This document shows positions 27,289 to 39,463 of a stretch of DNA of 64,000 nucleotides, in pieces. The notes below the pieces were generated by a model that did not search any database, was not told the origin of the DNA, and saw nothing but the letters and a program-made list of their open reading frames with translations. Numbering within the stretch: the stretch's first letter is position 1; each line of letters opens with the position of its first letter. The stretch comes from Eledone cirrhosa. Its lineage: Eukaryota. The position numbers and the translations under genes are program-made. The stretch spans positions 19,840,001 to 19,904,000 of the forward strand of contig OZ024759.1 in NCBI GenBank assembly GCA_964016885.1, written 5' to 3'.

Positions 27289-27787
27289 CAACCGGCCTTT
27301 CTCCCTGCGTACGAAAGGCCGGTTGTATGATGCCTGTGTGAGGAGCGCGATGCTGCATGGTAGTGAGACATGGGCAGCAACTGCAGAGGATATGCGACGG
27401 CTGGAGAGAAATGAGGCAAGCATGCTCCGTTGGATGTGCAGTGTAAATGTGCGTGAACGACCCAGCATGAATGTGTTGAGAGAGAAACTGTGTCTGAGAG
27501 GGATAGAATGTAGTGTACGGGAGAGGAGACTGAGGTGGTATGGACATGTGATGCGCATGGAGGATGACCGATGGGTGAAGAAGTGCCAGGAAATGCCAGT
27601 TGAAGGAAGACGTGGTAGAGGTAGACCACGAAAAACATGGGCGGAGGTGGTGAGAACAGACCTCAGATCATTGAAGCTCACGGTGGAGATGACGAGGGAC
27701 CGTGACGAGTGGAGAGATGCTGTGCTGAATAAGACCCGTCCCACCCTTGCAAGCAGGGAAAAGCGGACGTAAAATGATGATAATGAT
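27289..27787 (+). mobile_element. RTE-clade LINE, 5'-truncated ORF2 C-terminus with (GAT)n tail
   Basis: [20 protein letters not shown]...[12 protein letters not shown]...GRGRPRKTW; intact frame; inserted in (TA)n. Confidence 0.9.
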
Positions 27788-27900
27788 ATGTGTGTATGTA
27801 TATATATATATATATATATGTGTGTATGTATATATATATATATGTGTGTATGTATATATATATATATATGTGTGTATGTATATATATATATATATGTGTG

Positions 27901-27945
<45 letters not shown>

Positions 27946-28186
27946 ATGTATATATATATATATATATGTGTGTATGTATATATATATATATATGTATGTA
28001 TATGTATATATATATGTATGGTCATTTGCAATTGGAACACATGTATACTTATATCTGTGGTCATCCCTCTCATATATGTATGTATATATATATGTGTATA
28101 TGTATATATCTATATATATGTTTGTTTATGTATATATATATGTAGATATATATATGCATATATATATGTATATATATAAATATATA

Positions 28187-28229
<43 letters not shown>

Positions 28230-28312
28230 GTCTAACCCATGCTAGCGTGGAAGATGGATGTTAAACGAAGATGATGATGATGATATATCATCATCATCTT
28301 ACGTCTGCTTTG

Positions 28313-28582
<270 letters not shown>

Positions 28583-28609
28583 GTGTATATATATATATAT
28601 ACACACACA

Positions 28610-28656
<47 letters not shown>

Positions 28657-28724
28657 GTATATATATATGTATATATGTGTATATATATACATATATATAT
28701 GTATATATGTGTATATATATACAT

Positions 28725-28834
<110 letters not shown>

Positions 28835-29203
28835 GTGTGTATATATATATGTATATATTCAGACATATAGACAGATATAGAAAGAATAAGTAGTTTCTAT
28901 CAGTGGGTGTTGGTTCTTTGGCGCTATCCTCTTCATGATTATATTATATGGTTATTTCTAGAATCAATTGGCTGGGAATAATTTCAAATATCTTTAAACT
29001 CTCTCTCTCTTTCTCTCTCTCCTTCTCTCTCTCTCTCTCTCTCCCCCCCCCTCCTCTCTCTGGGAGGCTCACTCTGCCAATCTTCATATTTTTATGTCTT
29101 AAACTTATTCTCATATTCTCTTCCAAGTTTGCCAAATTTTCAAAAGACCAATTCACACTCATGCAGGTTTCCTATATTCATAAATATATGTATGTACACA
29201 CAC

Positions 29204-29258
<55 letters not shown>

Positions 29259-29393
29259 AAAGGTAAACAAAAATAACAACACAATCGGTACAGTATATGG
29301 AAGGTATATATTAGGTTAACGCTTGATATAGCAGGAAGAGGGTCTTAACGTTATATATATATATATATATGTATATATATAGAGAGAGAGAGA

Positions 29394-29433
<40 letters not shown>

Positions 29434-29483
29434 TATATATATGTTATCCATTTAATTTTTGCATATTTATGTATGTGAATGTA

Positions 29484-29536
<53 letters not shown>

Positions 29537-29539
29537 GTA

Positions 29540-30640
29540 TAAATAATAATAAGTTGACGCAACTAGCATAAGGTTTCTCTGCTAGTACTGGTTGCATCTC
29601 AGTGTACTCAATACATAAGGTTATGTAAAAATCCCAGAGTAGACACAAGGTTATTTACCTCAATACAACACACGTAAATGCGAACCATAAATTTATACCA
29701 GTACTCGATTTTCGGCAACACAATGCAGAGTGTACAGTATCTACTGTCTGCATTTATTATGCAACAATGCACAATTGGAGCATGTAGCTTCATCAGTGGG
29801 TATTGCCTAATCAATAACCAATCAAATCGACATAATTCAATTCCAGTCTGTGCCACCTATTGCAGTAAATGCAACAGGCGACACACTAGTACATTAGTAG
29901 CTGAGATCCCTACGCATTATCGAGATACCGTCATCCGATTGGCCATATGTTCAGAAATTTGCATGATGGTCAGAGTCGAGATTCTCTTCTTCAAGCCCTC
30001 CATAAAAAACTCAATTTGCATGATGGTCGGAGTCGAGATTCTCTTCTTCAAGCCCTCCATAAAAAACTCAATTTGCATAATGGTCGGAGTCGAGATTCTC
30101 TTCTTCAAGCCCTCCATAAAAAACTCAATTTGCATGATGGTCGGAGTCGAGATTCTCTTCTTCAAGCCCTCCATAAAAAACTCAATTTGCATGATGGTCG
30201 GAGTCGAGATTCTCTTCTTCAAGCCCTCCATAAAAAACTCAATTTGCATAATGGTCGGAGTCGAGATTCTCTTCTTCAAGCCCTCCATAAAAAACTCAAT
30301 TTGCATAATGGTTGGAGTCGAGATTCTCTTCTTCAAGCCCTCCATAAAAAACTCAATTTGCATGATGGTCGGAGTCGAGATTCTCTTCTTCAAGCCCTCC
30401 ATAAAAAACTCAATTTGCATGATGGTTGGAGTCGAGATTCTCTTCTTCAAGCCCTCCATAAAAAACTCATCTAACATATCTCAAGTCAAACACAAATTAA
30501 CAATTGAGTAAAAAAAATTGGTTATTAGAGAAAATTTGTCACGAATCGCTGTACAATAGAATGATAGCATTCGGCTCTAGTCTCCAAGTACCATTGTGAA
30601 TGCGGTGCAATAGTAAACAATGGTAGTGTTTAAAATGTTT
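29540..30640 (-). mobile_element. Putative Penelope-like 3' remnant with degenerate hammerhead (29694-29804)
   Basis: Minus strand CTGATGA-AGCTACA...TGTTGCC-GAAA-ATCGA-GTA; flanked by (TA)n and (CA)n; no RT or GIY-YIG motif recognised. Confidence 0.4.
29956..30469. repeat. 57-bp tandem repeat, 9 copies
   Basis: AATTTGCATGATGGTCGGAGTCGAGATTCTCTTCTTCAAGCCCTCCATAAAAAACTC. Confidence 0.95.
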
Positions 30641-30652
30641 TTGTTTATGTAT

Positions 30653-30705
<53 letters not shown>

Positions 30706-30709
<4 letters not shown>

Positions 30710-31021
30710 CCATGCAATCGAAAGGTTGTGAGTTCAATTCTCAGACCGGGTGATGTGTTGTTTCCTTGAGCAAGACACTTTATTTCACATTGCTCCAGTT
30801 TACTCAGCTGTAGAAATGAGATGATAGGGACTGAGGTCCCTATCATTCCACTGTAAAGTGGTCGTGCAGGTGCCACGGCAAAAAAGCACCCACCACTCAC
30901 TGTAAATGTGGTTGGCGTTAGGAAGGGCATCCAGCTGTAGAAATCAAGCCAGCATCAGTTCCCGTCCTACCCTTGCAAGCAGGGAAAAAGCGGACGTAAA
31001 ATGAAATGATGATGATGATGA

Positions 31022-31025
<4 letters not shown>
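30706..31025 (+). mobile_element. SINE family B, near full length
   Basis: B-box, CORE-like domain, AGGAAGGGCATCC, RTE-type tail. Confidence 0.9.
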
Positions 31026-31049
<24 letters not shown>

Positions 31050-31057
<8 letters not shown>

Positions 31058-31210
31058 ATACTTTGGGAGGGTCATGTTGCCAATAAGAAACACACGCACC
31101 AGTTGCATGTGTTTCTTATTGGCAACATGACCCTCCCAAAGTATTACAATATCGGTTTCAACACACGTTTTCAGATAAAGAATCTTGCTAAACAAATTCA
31201 GAAACGAAAT
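31050..31210 (+). mobile_element. Foldback element family H2 (pLTR-like) with 3' tail
   Basis: 31050-31093 inverted against 31109-31152; same family as 35343-35535. Confidence 0.7.
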
Positions 31211-31219
31211 ATATATATA

Positions 31220-31364
31220 CGATATTAATAAATGGAAACTATATTTATAAAACCATATTTATTTCATTATATATATTTCAAGGATACCCAGTTACATTAT
31301 GGTATGCCTTCATCAGACAAAATACAATATATAACAGTTTTATAAATAGACATTGACGTACCCC
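31220..31364 (-). ncRNA. Type I hammerhead ribozyme (H1), intact core
   Basis: Minus strand TATTTTGT-CTGATGA-AGGCATACC..GGTATCCTT-GAAA-TATAT-ATA-ATGAAATA; distal stem ATTTATAAAAC/GTTTTATAAAT. Confidence 0.75.
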
Positions 31365-31723
31365 TTTTAAAAATTGACCGTTGTTTTTGGAGGCCATCAG
31401 GATAGTGATTTGTTTACTTTAGTAAGTCATAGTGTTAAGAGTAAGTAAAAAGATGGAGAGAGAGAGAAAATGTGGAGAAAAGAAAGGGAGAGATAGATAA
31501 AGAAAAAGAAGAAAACAAAAAGAAAAGAGAACAGAGGAAAAATAACGGGGAGATATCAAACCATCAGACAGAGAAAAAAATCCAGAGAGAGATATATAGA
31601 GATAGAGAGAGGGGGGGGGGAGAGAACGAAAGCCTTAAGTTATGTCATATTAAGTTGAGTTAACAATTGGGATGAAAAGCATAAATAAAATTAGAAATAT
31701 TAATATTCATAAATGGAATATAG

Positions 31724-31764
<41 letters not shown>

Positions 31765-31921
31765 TAAAATAACAGATTAAAGTTTAAGCAAAGAATCGCT
31801 GCTTTCACCCTTATATATATATATATGCAGAGGTTATATTTAATTTGTTGGGATACAACAAGCTAAAAATATTTTTATAACTGATATAAAGCACTCAACA
31901 AATTATTGGAGTAAATATACA

Positions 31922-32069
31922 ATATATTAACAAATGGAAACTATAGTTATAAAACCATATTTATTTTATTATACATATGTCAAGGGCCACCAAGGCAAAT
32001 TATGGTGCGCTTTCATCAGATAAAATACAATACAGATTAGTTTTATAAATAAATATTGACATACCCGGA
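31922..32069 (-). ncRNA. Hammerhead motif (H1), GAAA mutated to GACA
   Basis: Perfect stem I TATTTTAT/ATAAAATA; stem II CACCA/TGGTG. Confidence 0.65.
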
Positions 32070-32098
32070 TAAAAAGACAACCTTAATGGTTGGAGCTT

Positions 32099-32160
<62 letters not shown>

Positions 32161-32189
32161 TTAGTATATATATGTGTATATATATATAT

Positions 32190-32640
32190 ATATTGTTATA
32201 CTTGGGGAGGGTCATATTGTTGTAATAATATTGCCAGAAACATTAACAGGATACACTCACTGTTTGGTTGGTTTTCGCTTCTGTATCTTTTATATCTCCA
32301 CAGTTAATTCATTCGCTCCTCAATGTTTACCATTGACTGACCAACGGTCAAAAATACAGATATAATATAGATATAAACACATATATTTATAGTCTAACAA
32401 AGTTCTTTCGTTGCACATCTGAAACATCGTCAGTGGTGCTATTATGTTCCTCCTGTTGTATTGTATATCGACGCCATCTTTATTTTATTTTATAAAAGAT
32501 ACAGAAGCGAAAACCAACCAAACAGTGAGTGTGTTCTGTTATTAATTCTGGCAATATTATTACAACAATATGACCCTCCCTAAGTATAACAATATTTGTT
32601 TCGACACACGATTTCATATCAAAAACCTCGCAAAACATAT
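32190..32640. mobile_element. Inverted pLTR pair (family H3) with hammerhead-like motif at 32400-32437 (-)
   Basis: 32190-32294 inverted against 32492-32596; minus strand CTGACGA-T-GTT..CAAC-GAAA; matches 37095-37334. Confidence 0.65.
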
Positions 32641-32649
32641 ATATATATG

Positions 32650-32970
32650 CAAAACCTATCCTGGAAACGACATCCCACCTTGTCTAAAATCTATGGCAAA
32701 CTCCCTCGAGCCTCTGCCCTTCTAAAATCCCGGAGAGCTCAATTTGCTGGCCACTGTCACCGTGCCAGCAATGAAATCATATCCGCTCTCTTGCTCTGGA
32801 ACCCTGACTCCAGCCTGACTAGGAGTAGGAAGCTGTCATTCCCTGATGTTATCTCTAGGGATACGGGAATCAGCAGACAGGACCTGGGGGCAGCGATGGG
32901 GGACAGGGGATTCTGGGGCATGAGAGTGAGATCCATCATCTAGGCAGTAGTCGACGAGTGATGATGATGA
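32650..32970 (+). mobile_element. RTE-like LINE 3' fragment (second family)
   Basis: NLSWKRHPT...RRAQFAGHCHR...LLLWNP...AMGDRGFW, then (GAT)n. Confidence 0.85.
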
Positions 32971-33002
32971 TATATATATATACATACATATATATACGTA
33001 CA

Positions 33003-33076
<74 letters not shown>

Positions 33077-33188
33077 TGTGTGAGCATATGTGTCCGTGTG
33101 TCTGTATGTCTGTATATGTGTGGCTGTCTGCATGTTATTGCTGTATATATTCGTGAGTGTATATATATATATATACATATATACATAC

Positions 33189-33270
<82 letters not shown>

Positions 33271-33272
<2 letters not shown>

Positions 33273-33554
33273 CAAAGGAATTGTGGTAAGGAATCAGATG
33301 GACCATAACGCACCAGAGTACTCAAAACTTAGGGTAGTCGAGTGGGAAATAGGAAAAAGTAAAGTAAGACCCCGACGGCAGAGCTCAAGCCGTTTCTACG
33401 GCTATTTCTGAACTAAATTAGAATTTTTAGCCTGATGAATCAGGCTAAAAATTCTAATTTAGTCCATCAGGCTAAAAATTCTAATTTAGTCCAGAAATAG
33501 CCGTCGAAACGGCTTGAGCTCTGCCGTCGGGGTCTTACTTTACTTTTTCCTATT
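33271..33554 (-). mobile_element. Foldback element family H4
   Basis: 33348-33554 palindrome with CTGATGA near the turn; tail shared with 35114 and 42430; flanked by (TA)n. Confidence 0.7.
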
Positions 33555-33917
33555 ATATATATATATATGTGGGTGGTGAGCTGTGTGTTATTAGTGTTTA
33601 GATTCAGAAAGAGGAGAAGATAACATTCTCTTTCATTATCAATTACTCTTAAAATGGCTGAGGCTGTGTAATTACAATAAACTTACAAATCAAATAGAGT
33701 GGATGGTGTTTATATCATGGCAAACATTTAGAACAAAGATGTCTTTCTTGATAATGGTAAAAGGCTGATAGCAATGGCAGAGATACTGTTAATCTTGGTG
33801 ACAAATAAGCTCAGATATTCTTGTGTTAATTTATGTATATATATATGTATATGTACATATATATATATATTCATATTTATTTCTCTCTCTTTCTATATAT
33901 ATATACATATAATTATA

Positions 33918-34460
33918 TATATCTGTCTGTGTAAATCCCTAAAACTTAAGAAGTACCCGACCGATTTTTTTCAAACTTTACACATACGTTACTTCTATTT
34001 CTTGAAGAGCAATGGGCTAATTTTTTTAACTTCTCCAGCCCTAGGGGCCGCATTAGGCGAAAAACCACATTTTTTAGGCACTTTTAGGCTTTTTTGAGGC
34101 GTAACTTAAAGATAATCCAGCCGAAATCCTTGAAATTTGCAGCACGCATTAGATAGCCCCCTCGCATTGCTGTAAATTTCTGTAAATTTCCGATTCCATT
34201 AATGGTTTCTAGGAAATTTACGAATTAGCATTGGGCATTACATGCCATTTTATTTTCAATATAAAAACTACTTAAACATCATAAGTAGCGTATAATATTC
34301 TTTAAAAATTTGGTTTATTTAACAGAGGACAACACTTACTTACTTTTAAGCAGGACTATTTTCGGGGGATTGAGGAAATGAGGAGGACCTTGACATTTTT
34401 GTCGGCACTCTGTTGACGCTTCGTGCTTTCATCACGTGCAAATCCGGGCCCTGTGTACGT
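33918..34460 (+). mobile_element. Possible non-autonomous Helentron/HINE-like fragment
   Basis: TCTGTCTGT...AACTTAAGAAGTACCCGACCGATTTTTTTCAAACTT start resembles DINE/HINE-type cores; single copy, unverified. Confidence 0.3.
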
Positions 34461-34464
34461 TGCC

Positions 34465-34573
34465 ATGTAAATGAGGTTGGTGCTAGGAAGGGCATCCAGC
34501 TGTAGAAATCAAGCCAGAATCAGTTCCCGTCCCACCCTTGCAAGCAGGGAAAAGTGGACGTAAAATGATGATG

Positions 34574-34577
<4 letters not shown>
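34465..34577 (+). mobile_element. SINE family B 3' end
   Basis: AGGAAGGGCATCCAGC plus RTE tail. Confidence 0.85.
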
Positions 34578-34620
<43 letters not shown>

Positions 34621-34974
34621 GTTTGTGCATATATATGTATATATATATATACATGTATAATTTTGAATATATATATGTGTGTGTGTGTATATATATATAT
34701 CAGATATATCAGTCAATGGAAATTACTCACTGTAAATATATGGTATGTTTACATTTCAGAGAATGTTAAATGTCAACACCTCTCAAATACCACTTCTGGA
34801 TAGTTTTCATTAATGTAGATATATACACACACCACATATATCAGTGTCTATGTATATATACACACACACACATACACACACATATATAGATATATATATG
34901 CATACATACTTATGTGAATGTATATATAGATATATATATATATATATGCACATATATCTATGTATTTATAAATA

Positions 34975-35018
<44 letters not shown>

Positions 35019-35058
35019 TATATAAATATATATATATATATACACATGTATATGTATT

Positions 35059-35113
<55 letters not shown>

Positions 35114-35115
<2 letters not shown>

Positions 35116-35308
35116 CAAAGGAAATGTGGTAAAGAACTAGATGGACCATAATGCACCAAAGTACTCAATACTTAGGGTAGTAGAGTAGGTAATAGGAACG
35201 AGTAGGACCCCGACGGCTGAGCTCAAGCCGTTTCGACGGCTAATTCTGGACTAGTCCAGAATTAGCCGTCGAAACGGCTTGAGCTCAGCCGTCGGGGTCC
35301 TATTCGTT

Positions 35309-35313
<5 letters not shown>
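35114..35313 (-). mobile_element. Foldback element family H4
   Basis: 35192-35313 near-perfect palindrome centred on GGACTAGTCC. Confidence 0.75.
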
Positions 35314-35342
<29 letters not shown>

Positions 35343-35349
<7 letters not shown>

Positions 35350-35535
35350 ATGCTTTGGGAATGTCATGTTGCCAATAAGAAACACATGCACCAGTTGCTT
35401 TCACTTCAATTGAAGTGAAAGCAACTGGTGCGTGTGTTTCTTATTGGCAACATGACCCTCCCAAAGCATAACAATATCAGTTTCAACAGACGTTTTCAGA
35501 TAAAGAATCTTTCTAAACAAATTCAGAAACGAAAT
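35343..35535 (+). mobile_element. Foldback element family H2
   Basis: 35343-35477 palindrome centred on ACTTCAATTGAAGT, followed by GAAA; ~58-bp unpaired tail. Confidence 0.75.
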
Positions 35536-35704
35536 ATATATATATATATATACACATATGAATATGTATTTATAAATATGCATATATATATATATATATA
35601 TACATATATATATACATATATACACGTATATATATATATATATAAACATATATTCATATATATATATATATGTATATAAATATATATATATATATATATA
35701 CATA

Positions 35705-35751
<47 letters not shown>

Positions 35752-35753
35752 AT

Positions 35754-35797
<44 letters not shown>

Positions 35798-36069
35798 CAC
35801 CATGTATTTATGTCTTGCTCTTTATCCATGTAAATATGTATCTATAAATGCTTCTGTGCGCTTACACGTGGGTGGCTTGTGTGTGTGGTATGTATAGAAT
35901 GTGTGTGTAAAATGTGTGTGTGGTATGTGTAAAGTGTGTGTGTGTGGTATGTGTAGAAGTAAAATTAGCCAATAGGATTACGTAATGGACTTCCTGCTCA
36001 TAGGTCATGATTTCAAACTCTGTCTCGGTGTTATATTTCAGGGGAACCCACATTGTTTTACATTTTCTC

Positions 36070-36444
36070 ATTATATAGTGTATGTATATATATATATATA
36101 TATATATATAGTTATATATAGTTATATAAATATATATATAGTGTATGTATATATATATATATATATAGTTATATATAGTTATATAAATATATATATATAT
36201 ATATAAATATATATATATATAGTTATATAGTTATATATATATTTATATAGTTATATATGCATACAGTAATATATATATATAGTTATATAGTTATATATAT
36301 AATTGTATAATTATATATATATACAGTAATATATATATATAGTTATATATATAATTATATAGTTATATATGCATACAGTAACATATATATATAGTTATAT
36401 AGTTATATATATAATTGTATAATTATATATATATATATATACAG

Positions 36445-36479
<35 letters not shown>

Positions 36480-36505
36480 TATAGTATAATTATATATATA
36501 TACAG

Positions 36506-36540
<35 letters not shown>

Positions 36541-36647
36541 TATAGTTATATATATAATTATATAGTTATATATGTATACAGTAATATATATATATATAGT
36601 TATATAGTTATATATATAATTGTATAGTTATATATATATATATACAG

Positions 36648-36698
<51 letters not shown>

Positions 36699-36845
36699 TA
36701 TAGTTATATATATAATTATATAGTTATATATGTATACAGTAATATATATATATATAGTTATATAGTTATATATATAATTGTATAGTTATATATATATATA
36801 CAGTAATATATATATATATATATATAGTTATATAGTTATATATAT
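36070..36845. repeat. (TA)n array punctuated by AGTT and CAGTAA
   Basis: Direct inspection. Confidence 0.9.
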
Positions 36846-37094
36846 CATCATCATTGTTGATTAACGCCTATCTTCCATGCTAGCATGGGTTAGACAGGTT
36901 TGTCCCATTTAGAGGCAAGAAAAGTCGGGCGATCTCATGTCTCGCTCATATGGGAGAGTATATATAGTATATACCATCATCATCATCGTTTAACGTCCAT
37001 CTTCTACGCTAGCATGGGTTTAGATGGGAATTGACCCACGTGAGGCAAGATTGGTTGTCTTGCTCGTATAGGACTGTCTGGCGGGTTTTCTACC

Positions 37095-37334
37095 ACTGAT
37101 GATGTTGCAGATGTGCAACGAAAGAACTTTGTTAGACTATATATATGTATTTATATCTATATTATATCTGTATTTTTGACCGTTGGTCAGTCAATGGTAA
37201 ACATTGAGGACCGAATGGATTAACTGTGGAGATATAAAAGATACTGAAGCGAACACCAACCAAACAGTGAGTGTATCCTGTTATTATTTCTGGCAATATT
37301 ATTACAACAATATGACCCTCCCAAGTATAACTAT
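37095..37334 (+). mobile_element. H3 element beginning at a hammerhead-like motif
   Basis: CTGATGA-T-GTTGCA-GATG-TGCAAC-GAAA-GAACTTT at 37096-37130. Confidence 0.65.
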
Positions 37335-37630
37335 ATCATCATCATCATCATCATCATCAACGTTTAACGTCCGTGTTCCACGCTTGCATGGGTTTGGACG
37401 GGGGTAGTCCCACTTGAGGCAAGAGTGATTGTCTTGCTCGCATAGGACTGTCTGGCAGGTTTTCTACAGTTGGATGCCCTTCCTAACACCAACCACATTT
37501 ACAGTGTGGGTCTGGGAGGTTTTTACCGTGTTGCCTACACGGCCACATTACAGCGTGGACTGTGTGTTTTTTTGTCGTGACACCTAAACAATCTCATTTG
37601 TTTCGGCCTGGATGGCGCGGCACCAACATA
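37335..37630 (-). mobile_element. SINE family B 3' half (shorter copies also at 36845-36955 and 36975-37093)
   Basis: Near reverse complement of 39880-40160. Confidence 0.85.
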
Positions 37631-38071
37631 ACTTTACATAGAATGGGGTGGTGTGGATGGAGTGGGGGTGGTGGGACGGGGTGTATTTTGTTAGAGATGC
37701 CTACTGGCTGGAGTAGGTTTTACTATATAATTAGGTAAGGCGGGTCTTCTCTGTTACTGAGTACCGCCAAAGGTCTCGGTCCAGTGACATATATATATAT
37801 ATATAAAGAAAAAGAGATGAAATCGAGAAAAACCACAGACCCTCCATCTCAACTCACCTTTTGAAAAGCAGAAGAACTGCGAAATCGGTAAAGGAACCAA
37901 ATAAATATATATATTTAAAAAAAAAAAATAAGACTCCAGTTGCATTTTCGATTTCATCTCTTTTTCTTTATACTTTCACTCGTGTAGGACACCTCGGTTA
38001 TTTTTCATTTTGTAAAAAAAACCTCACTTTCTAATATATATATATATATATATAGTTATATATATAGTTAT

Positions 38072-38270
38072 GTAAAACTTAAACAGAAATAACAGCACAA
38101 TCGGTACAGTATATGGAAGGAATATATTAGTTTAACGCTTGAAATAGCAGGAAGAGGGTTTTAACGTTTCGGACGCCAGTCCTTCATCAGAAGAAAGAAT
38201 GATAAATAAGATAGATTGAAGGGACGGGCGGGGTGGAATTGGAAAAATGTCTTTAGATAAAAATAACAGG
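38072..38270 (-). mobile_element. H5 element with minimal hammerhead core (truncated copy at 29258-29351)
   Basis: Minus strand CTGATGA-A-GGAC-TGGC-GTCC-GAAACGTT at 38190-38163; palindromic AACGTT; weak stem I. Confidence 0.6.
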
Positions 38271-38505
38271 TCCATATATATATATATCTTTCTTTATTTA
38301 TATATATATGTATAGTTATATGGTTATATATATATATATCTTTCTTTATTTATATTTATATATAGTTATATATATATCTTTATTTATTTATATTTATATA
38401 GTTATATATATATATCTTTCTTTCTTTATATATATATAGTTATATAGTTATATATATATATATATATGTGTGTTTGTGTGTGTGTGTGTATGCATATATA
38501 ATCGA

Positions 38506-38601
38506 GACGTATCTGATGACTTTGTTGATTTCAGAGTCAGGTGTGACTACCATATCGATCGTGCCTCGAGCTGGTCGCCCAAGAAACATTTGTAATATGT
38601 C
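38506..38601 (+). ncRNA. Type I hammerhead ribozyme candidate with long stem II insert
   Basis: GACGTAT-CTGATGA...GAAAC-ATTT-GTA-ATATGTC; 7-bp stem I. Confidence 0.6.
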
Positions 38602-38642
38602 CAATAAATTCCTTTCGTCGCAACACTGATTCTCTTTTTTCT

Positions 38643-38699
<57 letters not shown>

Positions 38700-39184
38700 C
38701 AGTCCTATGCGAGCAATGACAACCACTCTTGCCTCAAGTGGGAAAACTCCCGTCCAAACCCATGCAAGCGTGGAACATGGACGTTAAACGATGATGATGA
38801 TGATGATGATGTATATATCAATATCAGTGTCATTTTTCTTAGTCAGTACATTGTACTACAATCCATATTATTCTCATCTCTTTTTCTTATCTATAATTTC
38901 TTTCTCTTTAGGCTAAACCATCACACTCTGTTCTCTTCTTTATTGTCACTTGATGCACTTATGATACTTTTTCCTTTTTATCTGTGCAATTCACTGTCTT
39001 GACCCATCTTGTTATGACCTAATGTACACTGGAATGGACAGTATTGACCTTAATGCACCAAAACTGTAGTGATTTTCCAGAAATTGACTGATGAGATGGA
39101 ACTATCTAATTTTCTCTTATATTTTCCATTGTCTTTTCCTGTGTTCCACTCTGTTTTGAAAAAAAATATTATATATATATATAT

Positions 39185-39463
39185 ATAATTACAACAGTGA
39201 CATAAACAGGTACTCAAGTTTCGTTGGGCTCTGGTCCCCAATTTGACAGGCTGAATGAATTGGGGCCCAGAACCCAATGAAACTTGAGTACCTGTTTATG
39301 TCACTGTTGTAATTATCAAAGAAGAAAGACATACCACGTATGCTAACCAACCTGACTGCTATTTCTAGCAGGCTGGGAATCAACCATAAGAGATTCTCTC
39401 TCGAGTTCGTTGTCAGTGATGATCGTGTTTCGCGGCCTATGTCTCAGATTCCAACGGTGGTTT
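39185..39463 (+). mobile_element. Foldback element with hammerhead 3' half
   Basis: 39185-39316 palindrome; right arm has GAAAC-TTGA-GTA directly after a long imperfect hairpin. Confidence 0.65.

Noticed and set aside
33600-33770. ~55-codon open frame between AG and GT
   Set aside because: Weak polypyrimidine tract and no recognisable similarity; compatible with chance.
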